Source of the DNA: Patescibacteria group bacterium
GTDB lineage: Bacteria; Patescibacteriota; Minisyncoccia; Phycocordibacterales; Phycocordibacteraceae
Length of the DNA stretch: 60,673 nucleotides
NCBI GenBank assembly: GCA_018826905.1
Contig: JAHJYC010000004.1
Location: 1-60,673, forward strand
Direction: 5' to 3'
The position numbers and the translations under genes are program-made. Under the pieces are notes generated by a model. It worked only from the letters and a program-made list of their open reading frames with translations, made no database searches and was not told the origin of the DNA. Position 1 is the first letter of the stretch. Each line of letters begins with the position of its first letter. This document shows positions 31,750 through 41,198 of this stretch, one piece after another.

Positions 31750-32724
31750 TTACCGTCTCTTCCCGCGAAGAGCAAGTTCTACAAGATGGGATAGGAAATC
31801 CGGGAAAGAAACACCAATTGCCTGAAGGGATTTAGGGAGGAGTGACTCCTCCGTCATCCCAGGAAGTGTATTTGTCTCAATGAAATACACACCCTTAGGA
31901 GAGACCATGAAATCGCTTCTAGAATAGTGCCGCAACCCAAGAGCTTCGTGCATGGTACGTGCCAGAGAAACAAGCTCTTCCTGTACTGGCTTTGAAAAGC
32001 GTCCAGGAACAATCTCTCTCGTTCTGCCTGAATACTTTGCATCATATGAAAAGAAGTCAGAATTTGGGGGAACTATCTCAATGGCAGGAAGACCATATAA
32101 CTTCTCTCCACGAAGATCTTCAACCACACCTACAGTTGCCTCTGTACCCCGTATATACTCCTCTACAAGCACTCCTTGAGCGCCTGCAGAGAGGAGATCA
32201 ACTATAGCGGTATGTACGGGCTTAAAGCCTCCTACAATAGACACGCCGACTGAAGAGCCCCACCGCACTGGTTTAACAACAACTGGTTGATGGAAAGAGC
32301 GGGTAATCTCCTTTGCCATCTCCTCTGCATCAGACTCTTTCTCAATAAAACGATACTTAGGGGTCTTAATCCCATGCTCCTTCGCTTTCTCTTTGGTGAG
32401 AACCTTATGCATCGCGAGGTAGGACGCGAATGAATCTGATCCTGCATAGGGAACTCCATAGCGTTCTAGAAGCTTCTGAACTTCCCCGTCCTCCCCATAT
32501 TCTCCATGCAATCCTATAAGCACTGCGTCCAGCGAACGGAGCACCTTCTCTGGCGCTACACTTCGCCCCTTCTCGTGCCACACCCCTTCCTTATCTATGT
32601 AAATATCTCTTGTGCTGTACCTATCCTCTGAAAGATTAGACAGGATTGCATGCCCCGTCTTTAACGAGACCTCATGTTCTTGAGAAGGACCTCCTCGTAA
32701 CACTCCAACAACAGTGCCGCGCAT
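31750..32724 (-). CDS. ddl: D-alanine--D-alanine ligase
   Basis: GGPSQEHEVSL, LHGEYGEDG, GSSVG, FSYDAKY and ETNTLPGMT motifs. Confidence 0.95.
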   Translation of the reverse strand: MRGTVVGVLRGGPSQEHEVSLKTGHAILSNLSEDRYSTRDIYIDKEGVWHEKGRSVAPEKVLRSLDAVLIGLHGEYGEDGEVQKLLERYGVPYAGSDSFASYLAMHKVLTKEKAKEHGIKTPKYRFIEKESDAEEMAKEITRSFHQPVVVKPVRWGSSVGVSIVGGFKPVHTAIVDLLSAGAQGVLVEEYIRGTEATVGVVEDLRGEKLYGLPAIEIVPPNSDFFSYDAKYSGRTREIVPGRFSKPVQEELVSLARTMHEALGLRHYSRSDFMVSPKGVYFIETNTLPGMTEESLLPKSLQAIGVSFPDFLSHLVELALRGKRR

Positions 32725-32745
32725 ATAGGGAAAGTATAGCAGGCA

Positions 32746-34002
32746 TTATCCTTGCCTTAGAGCTTTGCTTCGTGCACGACGGTGTCTAGACAAAGAGAAC
32801 CTGTGCGCTTCGCTGTTAGCAAGCACTGCATCTGCATCACTTATTCCTGCACGAAGCCCCCCAAGCACTTCCCGAGGTCGGTGTTTCTCATCTTTAACAA
32901 CAGCAACAACAGGAATACCGATTCCTACCTCCTTAAGTACTTCTTCTGCTGCTTTCTTGTGTGTCTTCCCTCCGTCAACAACAAAAGCTTTTGGGAGTGG
33001 CCACTCAGAATGACCTAGCCTGCGAGAGAGAAGTTCCTTCAGCGAAGCAATATCGTTATTCAAGGACTTCCCTCCACTACCTTTAATATTGAATGTTCTG
33101 TATTCCTTCTTAATTGGCATACTATTTTCAACAACCGTAAACACTCCAACAGCATTAGTTCCTGAAAGATGAGCTGTGTCATACGCTTCAATACGAGGAC
33201 CTGCCGTATCACCCCTGTCTTCCTTTATAAGTGACACATCTTGAACATGGTCTAGTGCAAACAGCTGTTTGCGTAGTATCGCCGCCTCTTCAAAACGTTC
33301 CTCTTTTGCAAACTTGTTCATTTCCTTTGTAAGAGTGGTACGAAGTGTCTTAACTCTTCCTGAAAGAAAGAGGGACACGTTTCTAATGGACCGCATGTAC
33401 GATGAGGCATCCATATTTTTGGGATAGTGCCCAATCTGCCTATTAAATTCTAGCTTTGCTCGCGCATGCTTGCTCCCTTCTCCAACTGGTCGTGGAGTGT
33501 CAAAGAAAGGAAAGATCTTACGTATAAGTCTGAGTGCAACACGAAGCTGATAGCCTGAGGGAAAGGGCCCGTGTATCGCCTTAAATGTAAGATCGCTCAA
33601 CAGGGCCTTTGAGCGCTTGAAATCTATCTCCGCACCGCGTATAGCAAGCACACGAGGAATCTCTTCGTCTGTTATAACCGCATACAAAAACGTCTTGTCA
33701 TCCTTGCCCATAGCATTTGCAGGAGGCAAATACTCACGTATGAGCGCAGCCTCACGAACAAGTGCTTCAAGCACTGTTGGCGTTGTCTCGTATTGAATAC
33801 CATCTGATATCGTCACCATGTCTACAATGCGAGGTCCTCTCGTAGCCATAAGTTCGCTATCAAAATAAGAGCGCACGCGATCCCGAAGACTCGTTGCTTT
33901 TCCTATATACAGAATCTTCTTAGAGCGTCCTTTGCCCTGCGTAAACAAATACACTCCCGGGCAATCAGGGAGATCAAATGTAGCGAGGGCTGTCTTATCC
34001 AT
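32746..34002 (-). CDS. uvrC: Excinuclease ABC subunit C, compact form (no C-terminal HhH)
   Basis: PGVY...YIGKA..LRDRV (GIY-YIG), FEEAAILR (UVR), RIEAYD and VDGG motifs. Confidence 0.88.
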   Translation of the reverse strand: MDKTALATFDLPDCPGVYLFTQGKGRSKKILYIGKATSLRDRVRSYFDSELMATRGPRIVDMVTISDGIQYETTPTVLEALVREAALIREYLPPANAMGKDDKTFLYAVITDEEIPRVLAIRGAEIDFKRSKALLSDLTFKAIHGPFPSGYQLRVALRLIRKIFPFFDTPRPVGEGSKHARAKLEFNRQIGHYPKNMDASSYMRSIRNVSLFLSGRVKTLRTTLTKEMNKFAKEERFEEAAILRKQLFALDHVQDVSLIKEDRGDTAGPRIEAYDTAHLSGTNAVGVFTVVENSMPIKKEYRTFNIKGSGGKSLNNDIASLKELLSRRLGHSEWPLPKAFVVDGGKTHKKAAEEVLKEVGIGIPVVAVVKDEKHRPREVLGGLRAGISDADAVLANSEAHRFSLSRHRRARSKALRQG

Positions 34003-34052
34003 ATCCTCTATCCTACGTCGGATAGAGCCTCATGCAAATAAAAAGGCTCGCC

Positions 34053-34508
34053 TTATGAGCGAGCCCGGTGCCATCCACATGACACCAATTCACGGGGTGT
34101 CCCTCGTCCTCCTGCGCGCCTGAAAGCAGCAGAGGCAACGAGAGACTTTTCTGGCATACGGCACGCAAACAGTTTCCAATCTGCGCCAAGTTGGTTAGCC
34201 AGGTTGTAGAGGAGACGATCAAACGGAAGTCCGCCACGTTCGGTTACGAGTCGCCGGTACCCGCAAAGTGTCATCAGGTCGTCGCGGTCTTGTTTGACCA
34301 CGACTGCCTCAATCGCTTTCCGGAAGCAGGCGACACGATCCTTCAGGGGCAGATACACCGATTTCTTGCTGCCATCTGCCTGATCCTTACTTGTTCCAAG
34401 CAGGGGCGCACACAAGAGGTGGATATTTGGAATGCACGTCCTGCAAGTTCTCCAGTGCTCACATCCAGGCAAAGGATCGTCTGAACATCGTGTTTCTATG
34501 ATAGGCAT
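34053..34508 (-). CDS. Orphan hypothetical protein with a Cys-rich N-terminus
   Basis: Strong SD GGGGAGGGAG, upstream TATACT, hairpin GGCTCGC/GCGAGCC plus T-run at the 3' end; CEHWRTCRTC motif. Confidence 0.55.
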   Translation of the reverse strand: MPIIETRCSDDPLPGCEHWRTCRTCIPNIHLLCAPLLGTSKDQADGSKKSVYLPLKDRVACFRKAIEAVVVKQDRDDLMTLCGYRRLVTERGGLPFDRLLYNLANQLGADWKLFACRMPEKSLVASAAFRRAGGRGTPRELVSCGWHRARS

Positions 34509-34569
34509 TTCTCCCTCCCCAGGAAGTCAATGAGAACAGATCGTTCTAAAAGATAAGTATACAGGAAAA

Positions 34570-37203
34570 CTAACTCTTTTTCTTTTGCTTCTTAAACATC
34601 TTATTTAGATACACTCCCGTATGCGACGTCTCCATTTCAGCTACTTCTTCAGGAGTTCCCTTGGCGATAACCTTCCCACCACCAATTCCTCCTTCAGGTC
34701 CAAAGTCTATGAGATAGTCCGCTGACTTAATAACGTCCAAATTGTGTTCAATAACAACAACGGTGTTGCCTCGGCGAACTAATTCCTGAAGGATTTCAAT
34801 AAGCTTCTGAACATCGTCGTAATGCAGACCAACAGTAGGCTCGTCCAAAAGATAAATCGTCTTCATGGTTATAGGACGATACAACTCACTCGCAATCTTA
34901 ACGCGCTGTGCCTCTCCTCCTGAAAGAGTTGTTGCAGACTGACCAAGTGTTAAATACTGGAGGCCAGTAGAGTTAAGTGTTTCCAAACGATCGTTAATGG
35001 CAGGGATATCCTTAAAGAAAATCTCTGCTTCCTCAATAGTCATCTGAAGAACATCATAAATGTTCTTTCCACGATAGGTTACTTCCAACGTCTCTTTCAT
35101 ATATCGCGTGCCGTTACATACGTCACACACTACATACACCGTAGGTAAGAAGTGCATTTCAACTGCAATCATTCCATTTCCCTGACATGCTTCACAGCGT
35201 CCTCCTGCAACGTTGAAAGAGAACCGTCCTGGCTTCCATCCTCGCGCTCGTGCCTCAGAAGTAGCAGAGAACAGATCACGTATATGAGTGAAGGCCCCTG
35301 TATACGTTGCTGGGTTTGAACGAGGTGTTCTTCCAATAGGAGACTGGTCTATGAGCACGGCACGACCTATGTACTCAGTGCCTGTTATAGACGCACAGTG
35401 CTCTGGCTCTGTCTGCCTTCTGGCTAAGCGCTTTGCGATATTCTTATGCAGAATGTCGTAAAGGAAAGTGGACTTCCCAGATCCTGATACTCCAGTTATT
35501 CCAACGAGCTTTCCAAGCGGTACCTCAATGTTCTGATTCTTAAGGTTATGGAGTGTTGCTCCCTTTATCTTTATAGACCCCTTCTGAGAAGTTCTCCGCT
35601 CTTCTGGGATTTCAATACGCTTCTCGTCTCTTAAGTATGCAAGTGTTGAAGATCCTGACTCGTTTTTGGGAGCAGTTAAAAGCTCGTCTAACCACCCCTC
35701 TGCTACAACAGTACCCCCATGCACTCCAGCGCCCGGTCCTATGTCTAGAATGTAGTCTGCAGCATAGATAGTGTCCTCGTCGTGCTCAACTACAAGAATA
35801 GTGTTCCCAAGCTCCTTAAGGGAAAGCATGGTCTGTATCAAACGATCATTATCTCGCTGATGGAGGCCGATGGTCGGCTCATCAAGTACATAGAGTGCTC
35901 CAACGAGCCCTGTTCCTAATTGGGAAGCGAGGCGGATACGTTGCGCCTCTCCCCCTGAAAGAGTTGCTGCTGAACGGTTCAGAGTTAGATAATCCAAACC
36001 AACGTTCAGCATGAAATCTAGACGACTCGTAATCTCCCTTACGATCGGGTACGCGATCTCTGCTTTCATTTCAGAAAGCTGAAGACTATCCATGAACTCT
36101 CTTGCTTCCCGAATTGAGAAGTTTGTAAAATCAACGACATTTTTCCCAAGACCATCCTTCTTCGCACCCTTCAAATACACGCGCAGTGCCTCTGGACGAA
36201 GTCTCTTTCCCTCACAAACAGGACACACCTCAGAGGAGAACAAAGACTTTGTTCCTAGTCCGTTACAGTTCGGGCACGCTCCATACGGACTATTAAAAGA
36301 GAACAATCTCGGTTCTACTTCGGGGAACGATGTTCCATCATCTGGGCAGATGAACTTTGCAGAAAGCGTCTCAAGCGTCCCGTCTGCGTGCTTAATTTTA
36401 ACGAGTCCGTCACTCTCCTTTAGAGCAAGTTCTAGCGCTTCTGAAAGACGCTCCCTTGCAGCGTCTGGTGTACGCTCAAACTCTGAGACATATATAGAAT
36501 CAACGATTGCATCTATATCGTGTCGTTTGTTGCGATCAAGGGTAACCTTCTCGCGAAGTGAGTGCGGGGCTCCATCAACAAGTACTTTTTCAAACCCTTT
36601 TCCGAGCAAATCATATAAAAGTTGGTAGTACTCTCCTTTTCTGCCGACAACCACTGGCGCATAGATAACAATCGCCGTTTTATCAACAGCAACTCCCATA
36701 ACCTCCTCACTCTTTGCTTTTGAGCGAGCCTCAATACGCATTTGAATAAGACGTATCATTTCCTCTTTTGAGAGCTTCTCAATAGGAACATCATGATGAA
36801 TACAGTACGGCTGGCCAGCGCGCGCATACAAAACTCGCAAATAGTCATAAATCTCCGTTACTGTTGCTACAGTAGAGCGTGGATTGTTTGACCGAGACTT
36901 CTGATCTATGGAAATAGCTGGAGAGAGTCCTGTTATTTCATCAACATCAGGCTTTTGCATCTGATTGAGGAATTGACGTGCATATGCAGAGAGAGATTCT
37001 ACGTACCTTCTCTGTCCTTCGGCGAAAATAGTATCAAATGCAAAGGAGGATTTTCCGGAGCCTGAGAGTCCAGTAACAACCGTCATAGCACCCCGAGGAA
37101 ACTCAGTGTGTATGTTTTTAAGGTTATGGGTGCGTGCGCCCTTAACACGTATCCAATCCTCACCTACGTATTGTTCGTGTGTTGGTTTTTTAGCTTTCGC
37201 CAT
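34570..37203 (-). CDS. uvrA: Excinuclease ABC subunit A
   Basis: Two ABC domains (GLSGSGKS, GVSGSGKS, two LSGGEAQR) and zinc fingers. Confidence 0.98.
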   Translation of the reverse strand: MAKAKKPTHEQYVGEDWIRVKGARTHNLKNIHTEFPRGAMTVVTGLSGSGKSSFAFDTIFAEGQRRYVESLSAYARQFLNQMQKPDVDEITGLSPAISIDQKSRSNNPRSTVATVTEIYDYLRVLYARAGQPYCIHHDVPIEKLSKEEMIRLIQMRIEARSKAKSEEVMGVAVDKTAIVIYAPVVVGRKGEYYQLLYDLLGKGFEKVLVDGAPHSLREKVTLDRNKRHDIDAIVDSIYVSEFERTPDAARERLSEALELALKESDGLVKIKHADGTLETLSAKFICPDDGTSFPEVEPRLFSFNSPYGACPNCNGLGTKSLFSSEVCPVCEGKRLRPEALRVYLKGAKKDGLGKNVVDFTNFSIREAREFMDSLQLSEMKAEIAYPIVREITSRLDFMLNVGLDYLTLNRSAATLSGGEAQRIRLASQLGTGLVGALYVLDEPTIGLHQRDNDRLIQTMLSLKELGNTILVVEHDEDTIYAADYILDIGPGAGVHGGTVVAEGWLDELLTAPKNESGSSTLAYLRDEKRIEIPEERRTSQKGSIKIKGATLHNLKNQNIEVPLGKLVGITGVSGSGKSTFLYDILHKNIAKRLARRQTEPEHCASITGTEYIGRAVLIDQSPIGRTPRSNPATYTGAFTHIRDLFSATSEARARGWKPGRFSFNVAGGRCEACQGNGMIAVEMHFLPTVYVVCDVCNGTRYMKETLEVTYRGKNIYDVLQMTIEEAEIFFKDIPAINDRLETLNSTGLQYLTLGQSATTLSGGEAQRVKIASELYRPITMKTIYLLDEPTVGLHYDDVQKLIEILQELVRRGNTVVVIEHNLDVIKSADYLIDFGPEGGIGGGKVIAKGTPEEVAEMETSHTGVYLNKMFKKQKKKS

Positions 37204-37259
37204 ATACAGAAATCCCCCGCCCATGGAGGGACAGGTTCAAATGGAGTATAGCATGGAGC

Positions 37260-37649
37260 CTATTCGCTCGCTGAAGAAGCGAGCAAGCTTCCAATCTTTC
37301 CAACAATCTCTTCAATAGCTACCTCAGCTTTAATAAGGTAGTCGTTCGCTCCGAGTGATTTTGCGCGATCTATATCGGCTTGAGCTCCAAGATTAGAGAC
37401 GACAATAATGGGGACATTTTTAAGCTCATCGGTGCGTGAGCGGATTGCCTCTAGTACTGCAAACCCATCAACAGTGGGAAGCATGAGATCTAGAAGAACA
37501 AGAACAGGCTTATTCTCCTCAAGAAGCTTTAGAGCTTCATTTCCATCAGAGGCATAGAGCGTCTGATATTTTCCAGCAAGGGTGTGCCCCAAAAGGTTTT
37601 TAAGGATTGGGTCGTCTTCTACAACGAGAATAAACTTTGTTTCAGCCAT
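37260..37649 (-). CDS. Single-domain response regulator
   Basis: VVEDD, LLDLMLP.VDG, VSN and YLIK receiver motifs; start at MAETKF. Confidence 0.92.
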   Translation of the reverse strand: MAETKFILVVEDDPILKNLLGHTLAGKYQTLYASDGNEALKLLEENKPVLVLLDLMLPTVDGFAVLEAIRSRTDELKNVPIIVVSNLGAQADIDRAKSLGANDYLIKAEVAIEEIVGKIGSLLASSASE

Positions 37650-37668
37650 GCGTAAGAGTATACCACCC

Positions 37669-39453
37669 CTATGAGAGCTCGTCTGGACGCGTAAAGAGGA
37701 GTGAGTCCGGGAGCCTAAACAATCCCTCATCATTCCTCTTCTGCTCAATGATATGAGCCATAAATCCGGCAGAGCGTGGGAGCACAAATAGCGCATTAAA
37801 GAACTCAGCATCGGCGAGGATTTCCAACTCTTTCTGAGAATATCCTTCGCACTCAGAAAGAATGTCCAAAGTTAGCGCAGCGATAGCACCATCAACGTTA
37901 AGAATTAGAGAACCATTCTTTCCTGTTGTTACCGCTTCAACAGAGCGAGCAAAAGAGAAGTATTTTGAATGTTCTAACAGATTCGTAAAGGCTTCAATAG
38001 AAGCTACGCGAGGGTCGGGCATCCCTACGCGATACTTCTTATGACCAATACCGAGTATCAGGTTCCCCTCCTTAGTTGTCTCCTCTACAAAGGATACAGC
38101 TGAAGCATTCTGAGCAACTCCCCGCATCCACAGACGAGCCGCGTCGTTAATGGCTCCTCCAAAGCGTGGCCCGATGGTTAGAAGTCCCGCAGAAAGCGAT
38201 GAAACGAGATCCTTTCCTGCCCTCGCTGTAATCATAGAAGTTACTGCGCCAGAGACATGGCCTCCATGATCTATAAGCAACTTCCCAACTGCCTCAAAGA
38301 AAGCCTTTGAAATAGGGGAGGTTAACTCCTTCCCAAGCATTCCTCCTACAGCACTACTCATAAACGATGTCTCTGTTGGAACAATCTTTCCGTTCTCTAC
38401 AAACTGAGGCACCTCATGAACATTTAGCACTTCTCTTGTAGATAAAATACTTGCACGCCGAGCGAGCAGTGGACTTATATCTACAACAGGATCGTCTCCT
38501 GCACTTTCAGGCAGTGATTCAAGCGCTTCAAGGAACTCTGGGAACGAATCTGCGGCCATAACCCCAACAGAGCGAAGCGCCTCGCGCTTAGCTCTTGCGC
38601 TTTCATCTTTGTGAGAGACCAACGCTTTTGCATGACCAAACTGCACATGAGTATCAAATGACTCATCAATGATGCCCGCGATATATGCAACAACTGGTTT
38701 GGTAAGCTTCTTTGAGCGTATGAGTTCAACAATCTCATACTCATCAACACCGCCAAGTTCCCCAAAGTACGCAATTCCTTTTGTGTCTGGGTCTTCCTCT
38801 GCCAAAGAAAGTACTTCAGTTAGGGAAGAGACAGGGAAGCGATCTCCACCAATACAAAAGGCAAAAGAGAGTCTTTTCCCCGCCTTAGACACTGCATGAA
38901 TAAGTTCCCCTGTCATACCTCCTGAAGTTGAAACAACTGCCACAGACCCTTTTGTAAGAAGGGTGTTAGATACAATTTGAGATGCATCAACTCCACCAAT
39001 GGCACCAAGTTTAAGCGCTCCTGGAACAAGGAGCCCTACCCCCGATGGTCCGGCAATTATTTTACTGCCTCCATAAGAAGCAATAAGATCCGTTGCGTGC
39101 GCTTCTGGTACGTTTTCAGCAAAGATATGTGCCCCAAACGCATCTGGAAAAACACTAAAGAATGCTGTTGTTGATTCAGCAGCGCGTCTTCCTGATTGAA
39201 CGTTTAAAAGAAATTGTACTCGCCCATGTAAAGCAGTTGGAATATCTGCAAAGTTTTTATAGCAAGGAAGAAGTATTTCTTTAGTTCCCCAAAAGAACTT
39301 CTGAGATTTTCTTCCGCTTGTTACTAGAGCGAGTATGCTCTGTTCGTTGCCAGAGAGGTAATCAAAATCAAGAATAGACTGCACTATTTTGGGGTGATTT
39401 CCTGAGACAACTATTCCTTGTTGTTCGGCTCGTATACTCTCAAGTATCGTCAT
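37669..39453 (-). CDS. aclA: ATP-citrate lyase subunit carrying the CoA-binding, phospho-His and citryl-CoA lyase domains
   Basis: QSILDFDY, IGGDRFP, QFGHA (phospho-His), DHG..VSGA, GPRFGGA, GIGH and LNVDG motifs. Confidence 0.92.
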   Translation of the reverse strand: MTILESIRAEQQGIVVSGNHPKIVQSILDFDYLSGNEQSILALVTSGRKSQKFFWGTKEILLPCYKNFADIPTALHGRVQFLLNVQSGRRAAESTTAFFSVFPDAFGAHIFAENVPEAHATDLIASYGGSKIIAGPSGVGLLVPGALKLGAIGGVDASQIVSNTLLTKGSVAVVSTSGGMTGELIHAVSKAGKRLSFAFCIGGDRFPVSSLTEVLSLAEEDPDTKGIAYFGELGGVDEYEIVELIRSKKLTKPVVAYIAGIIDESFDTHVQFGHAKALVSHKDESARAKREALRSVGVMAADSFPEFLEALESLPESAGDDPVVDISPLLARRASILSTREVLNVHEVPQFVENGKIVPTETSFMSSAVGGMLGKELTSPISKAFFEAVGKLLIDHGGHVSGAVTSMITARAGKDLVSSLSAGLLTIGPRFGGAINDAARLWMRGVAQNASAVSFVEETTKEGNLILGIGHKKYRVGMPDPRVASIEAFTNLLEHSKYFSFARSVEAVTTGKNGSLILNVDGAIAALTLDILSECEGYSQKELEILADAEFFNALFVLPRSAGFMAHIIEQKRNDEGLFRLPDSLLFTRPDELS

Positions 39454-39462
39454 ACTTCTATG

Positions 39463-40611
39463 CTATAGCGTAGCAACGGCATCGTCTACTGCCTCAGTTA
39501 TGGCAGTAGACGAACCGTATACAACTCCGAGTAATCCTTCTTTAGTAAGAAACTCCTTCATATGTGAAAGACCTTCTTTTTCATTTGGCCCTCCTCTACG
39601 AACAAACACACGCACACCATCTCTCCTTAACGATTCTGCTGTTTCAGACAATGCATCCTCAATACCAGCAAACGTAGTTTTTACATCAGTAAAGTTCGCT
39701 ACGCCTCCTGCAATAACAAGGGTTTTCTTCTTTGCCTTTGAAGCAAGCAACAGCGCTAGTACCTCCTTCGCATATAAATACGTCTCTTCGCGAGTTGGTC
39801 CACCACTGTACTCTCCATAGTTTCCAATCTCAGAGCCCATTCCTTTTAGCGCCGCCTCGTCAGCCGCAACAATACTGCCGCCTCCTCCAGACAAAAGGAA
39901 GAAGATGCTTCCGTTTGGGTTAAGAACCTTCAACTTCAAAGATGCTGGTGTTGTCTTTTGTAGTTCCGAAATCGTAGCTTCAGCAGCGTGCGCAGCAGAT
40001 GCTTCAGTTATGTCTGCATCAGTCCAACCGTCTCTCACGAAAAATTGAGCGGCACTGTCAACAAGCACAGCAGCGTCTAGTAGGTACACTGTATCTTCTC
40101 GCACAACTAATGGGTTAATCTCAAGGAAAGAGAAGTGCTGCTGAACAAAGACAGCGAGGAGTCGTTGTAAAAATGTCTCAGGGAGACCCGTGTCGTTTGA
40201 AATTGCAGGGATAGAGTCTGCAGTTAGCATGGATTGTGTTAGAGACTCTGGGTGCTCTTCTATATCTATTCCTCCCACTCTCGCATGAAGAAGACGAATA
40301 CCTGTTCGCACTCGCTCAAGTGAAAGATACTGCTCTTCAGATTGCTCATGAGGAACGAGCTCTTCTACGAGGAAAGATGAAAAACCACGCTTCTCCCATT
40401 CCTTAAGTTGCCCTGCAATTTTCTGTGGAGCTATATCAACAGCAACTAGTCCCTGCTTCATACGCTTTTTGATTCCTTGGTCCACTTTAACAACAAGAGG
40501 TGCATCTTTTGGGAAAGAAATCCTTGATGTAGAAGAAAGAGCAACACCAGAATAGGTGTCTCCTAGAAGAAGTCGCTTTGCACTGTACTCAGTTATTTTT
40601 ACGCGTGCCAT
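39463..40611 (-). CDS. aclB: ATP-citrate lyase ATP-grasp/citrate-binding subunit
   Basis: ITEYSAK, KVDQGIKKRMKQGLV, LEINPL, GGGGS, NYGEYSGGP, GGVANFTDV and VRRGGPN motifs. Confidence 0.92.
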   Translation of the reverse strand: MARVKITEYSAKRLLLGDTYSGVALSSTSRISFPKDAPLVVKVDQGIKKRMKQGLVAVDIAPQKIAGQLKEWEKRGFSSFLVEELVPHEQSEEQYLSLERVRTGIRLLHARVGGIDIEEHPESLTQSMLTADSIPAISNDTGLPETFLQRLLAVFVQQHFSFLEINPLVVREDTVYLLDAAVLVDSAAQFFVRDGWTDADITEASAAHAAEATISELQKTTPASLKLKVLNPNGSIFFLLSGGGGSIVAADEAALKGMGSEIGNYGEYSGGPTREETYLYAKEVLALLLASKAKKKTLVIAGGVANFTDVKTTFAGIEDALSETAESLRRDGVRVFVRRGGPNEKEGLSHMKEFLTKEGLLGVVYGSSTAITEAVDDAVATL

Positions 40612-40614
40612 ACA

Positions 40615-41196
40615 TTAAATAGTGCTAGGAAGTGTCATAAGGACTCTACCTGCATGCTCTTGGTAACTATGCTCAATAAAGCCAAGTTTCGCATATAGCG
40701 CCTTCCCTGCCTGGTTATCAGAACCTGTTTCTAGCCAAATACTTCTGTCTGGACGAAGCATAGTGTAGGTAGTCAGTGCAAACTTTCCAAACGGAGTCAT
40801 AATCCCCTTTCCTCTATACGGGGGATACGAGCGAAATGCCACGGTGTCCCACAGACCCTTCTCCTTATGCGGAGGATTCTCCGGACCAAACCAAATAATA
40901 GCCGCAAGCTCGCCAGTCGCTGACACTAAAGCAAATGGCGTACGGTCTTTCATATACCATGCTTCATAGGAGTTCTCTACAAATCGTCTGTAGTCAGAGG
41001 TATTCGCCTGAAGTTCTGTGTCCTCCTCGTTGCGAGCATGTTGTTTAAGTTTCTCTACCATGTCTTTTGAAAGACCAATTTGAATTGAAAGAGCTTCTCC
41101 GTCAGGCAACGACATCCCTCCAATAGACATGGCTTCGTACAGAGAAAGGGGAAGCTCTGCGGTTATATCTTTTCCTGCAACAATTGGTTTTTCCAT
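40615..41196 (-). CDS. GNAT family N-acetyltransferase
   Basis: YRGKGIM acetyl-CoA loop and N.AGKALYAKLGF motif. Confidence 0.85.
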   Translation of the reverse strand: MEKPIVAGKDITAELPLSLYEAMSIGGMSLPDGEALSIQIGLSKDMVEKLKQHARNEEDTELQANTSDYRRFVENSYEAWYMKDRTPFALVSATGELAAIIWFGPENPPHKEKGLWDTVAFRSYPPYRGKGIMTPFGKFALTTYTMLRPDRSIWLETGSDNQAGKALYAKLGFIEHSYQEHAGRVLMTLPSTI

Positions 41197-41198
41197 AT

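Noticed and set aside
37669-40611. ACL as proof of autotrophic carbon fixation
   Set aside because: No other reverse-TCA gene is in the window and the context suggests a reduced symbiont genome.
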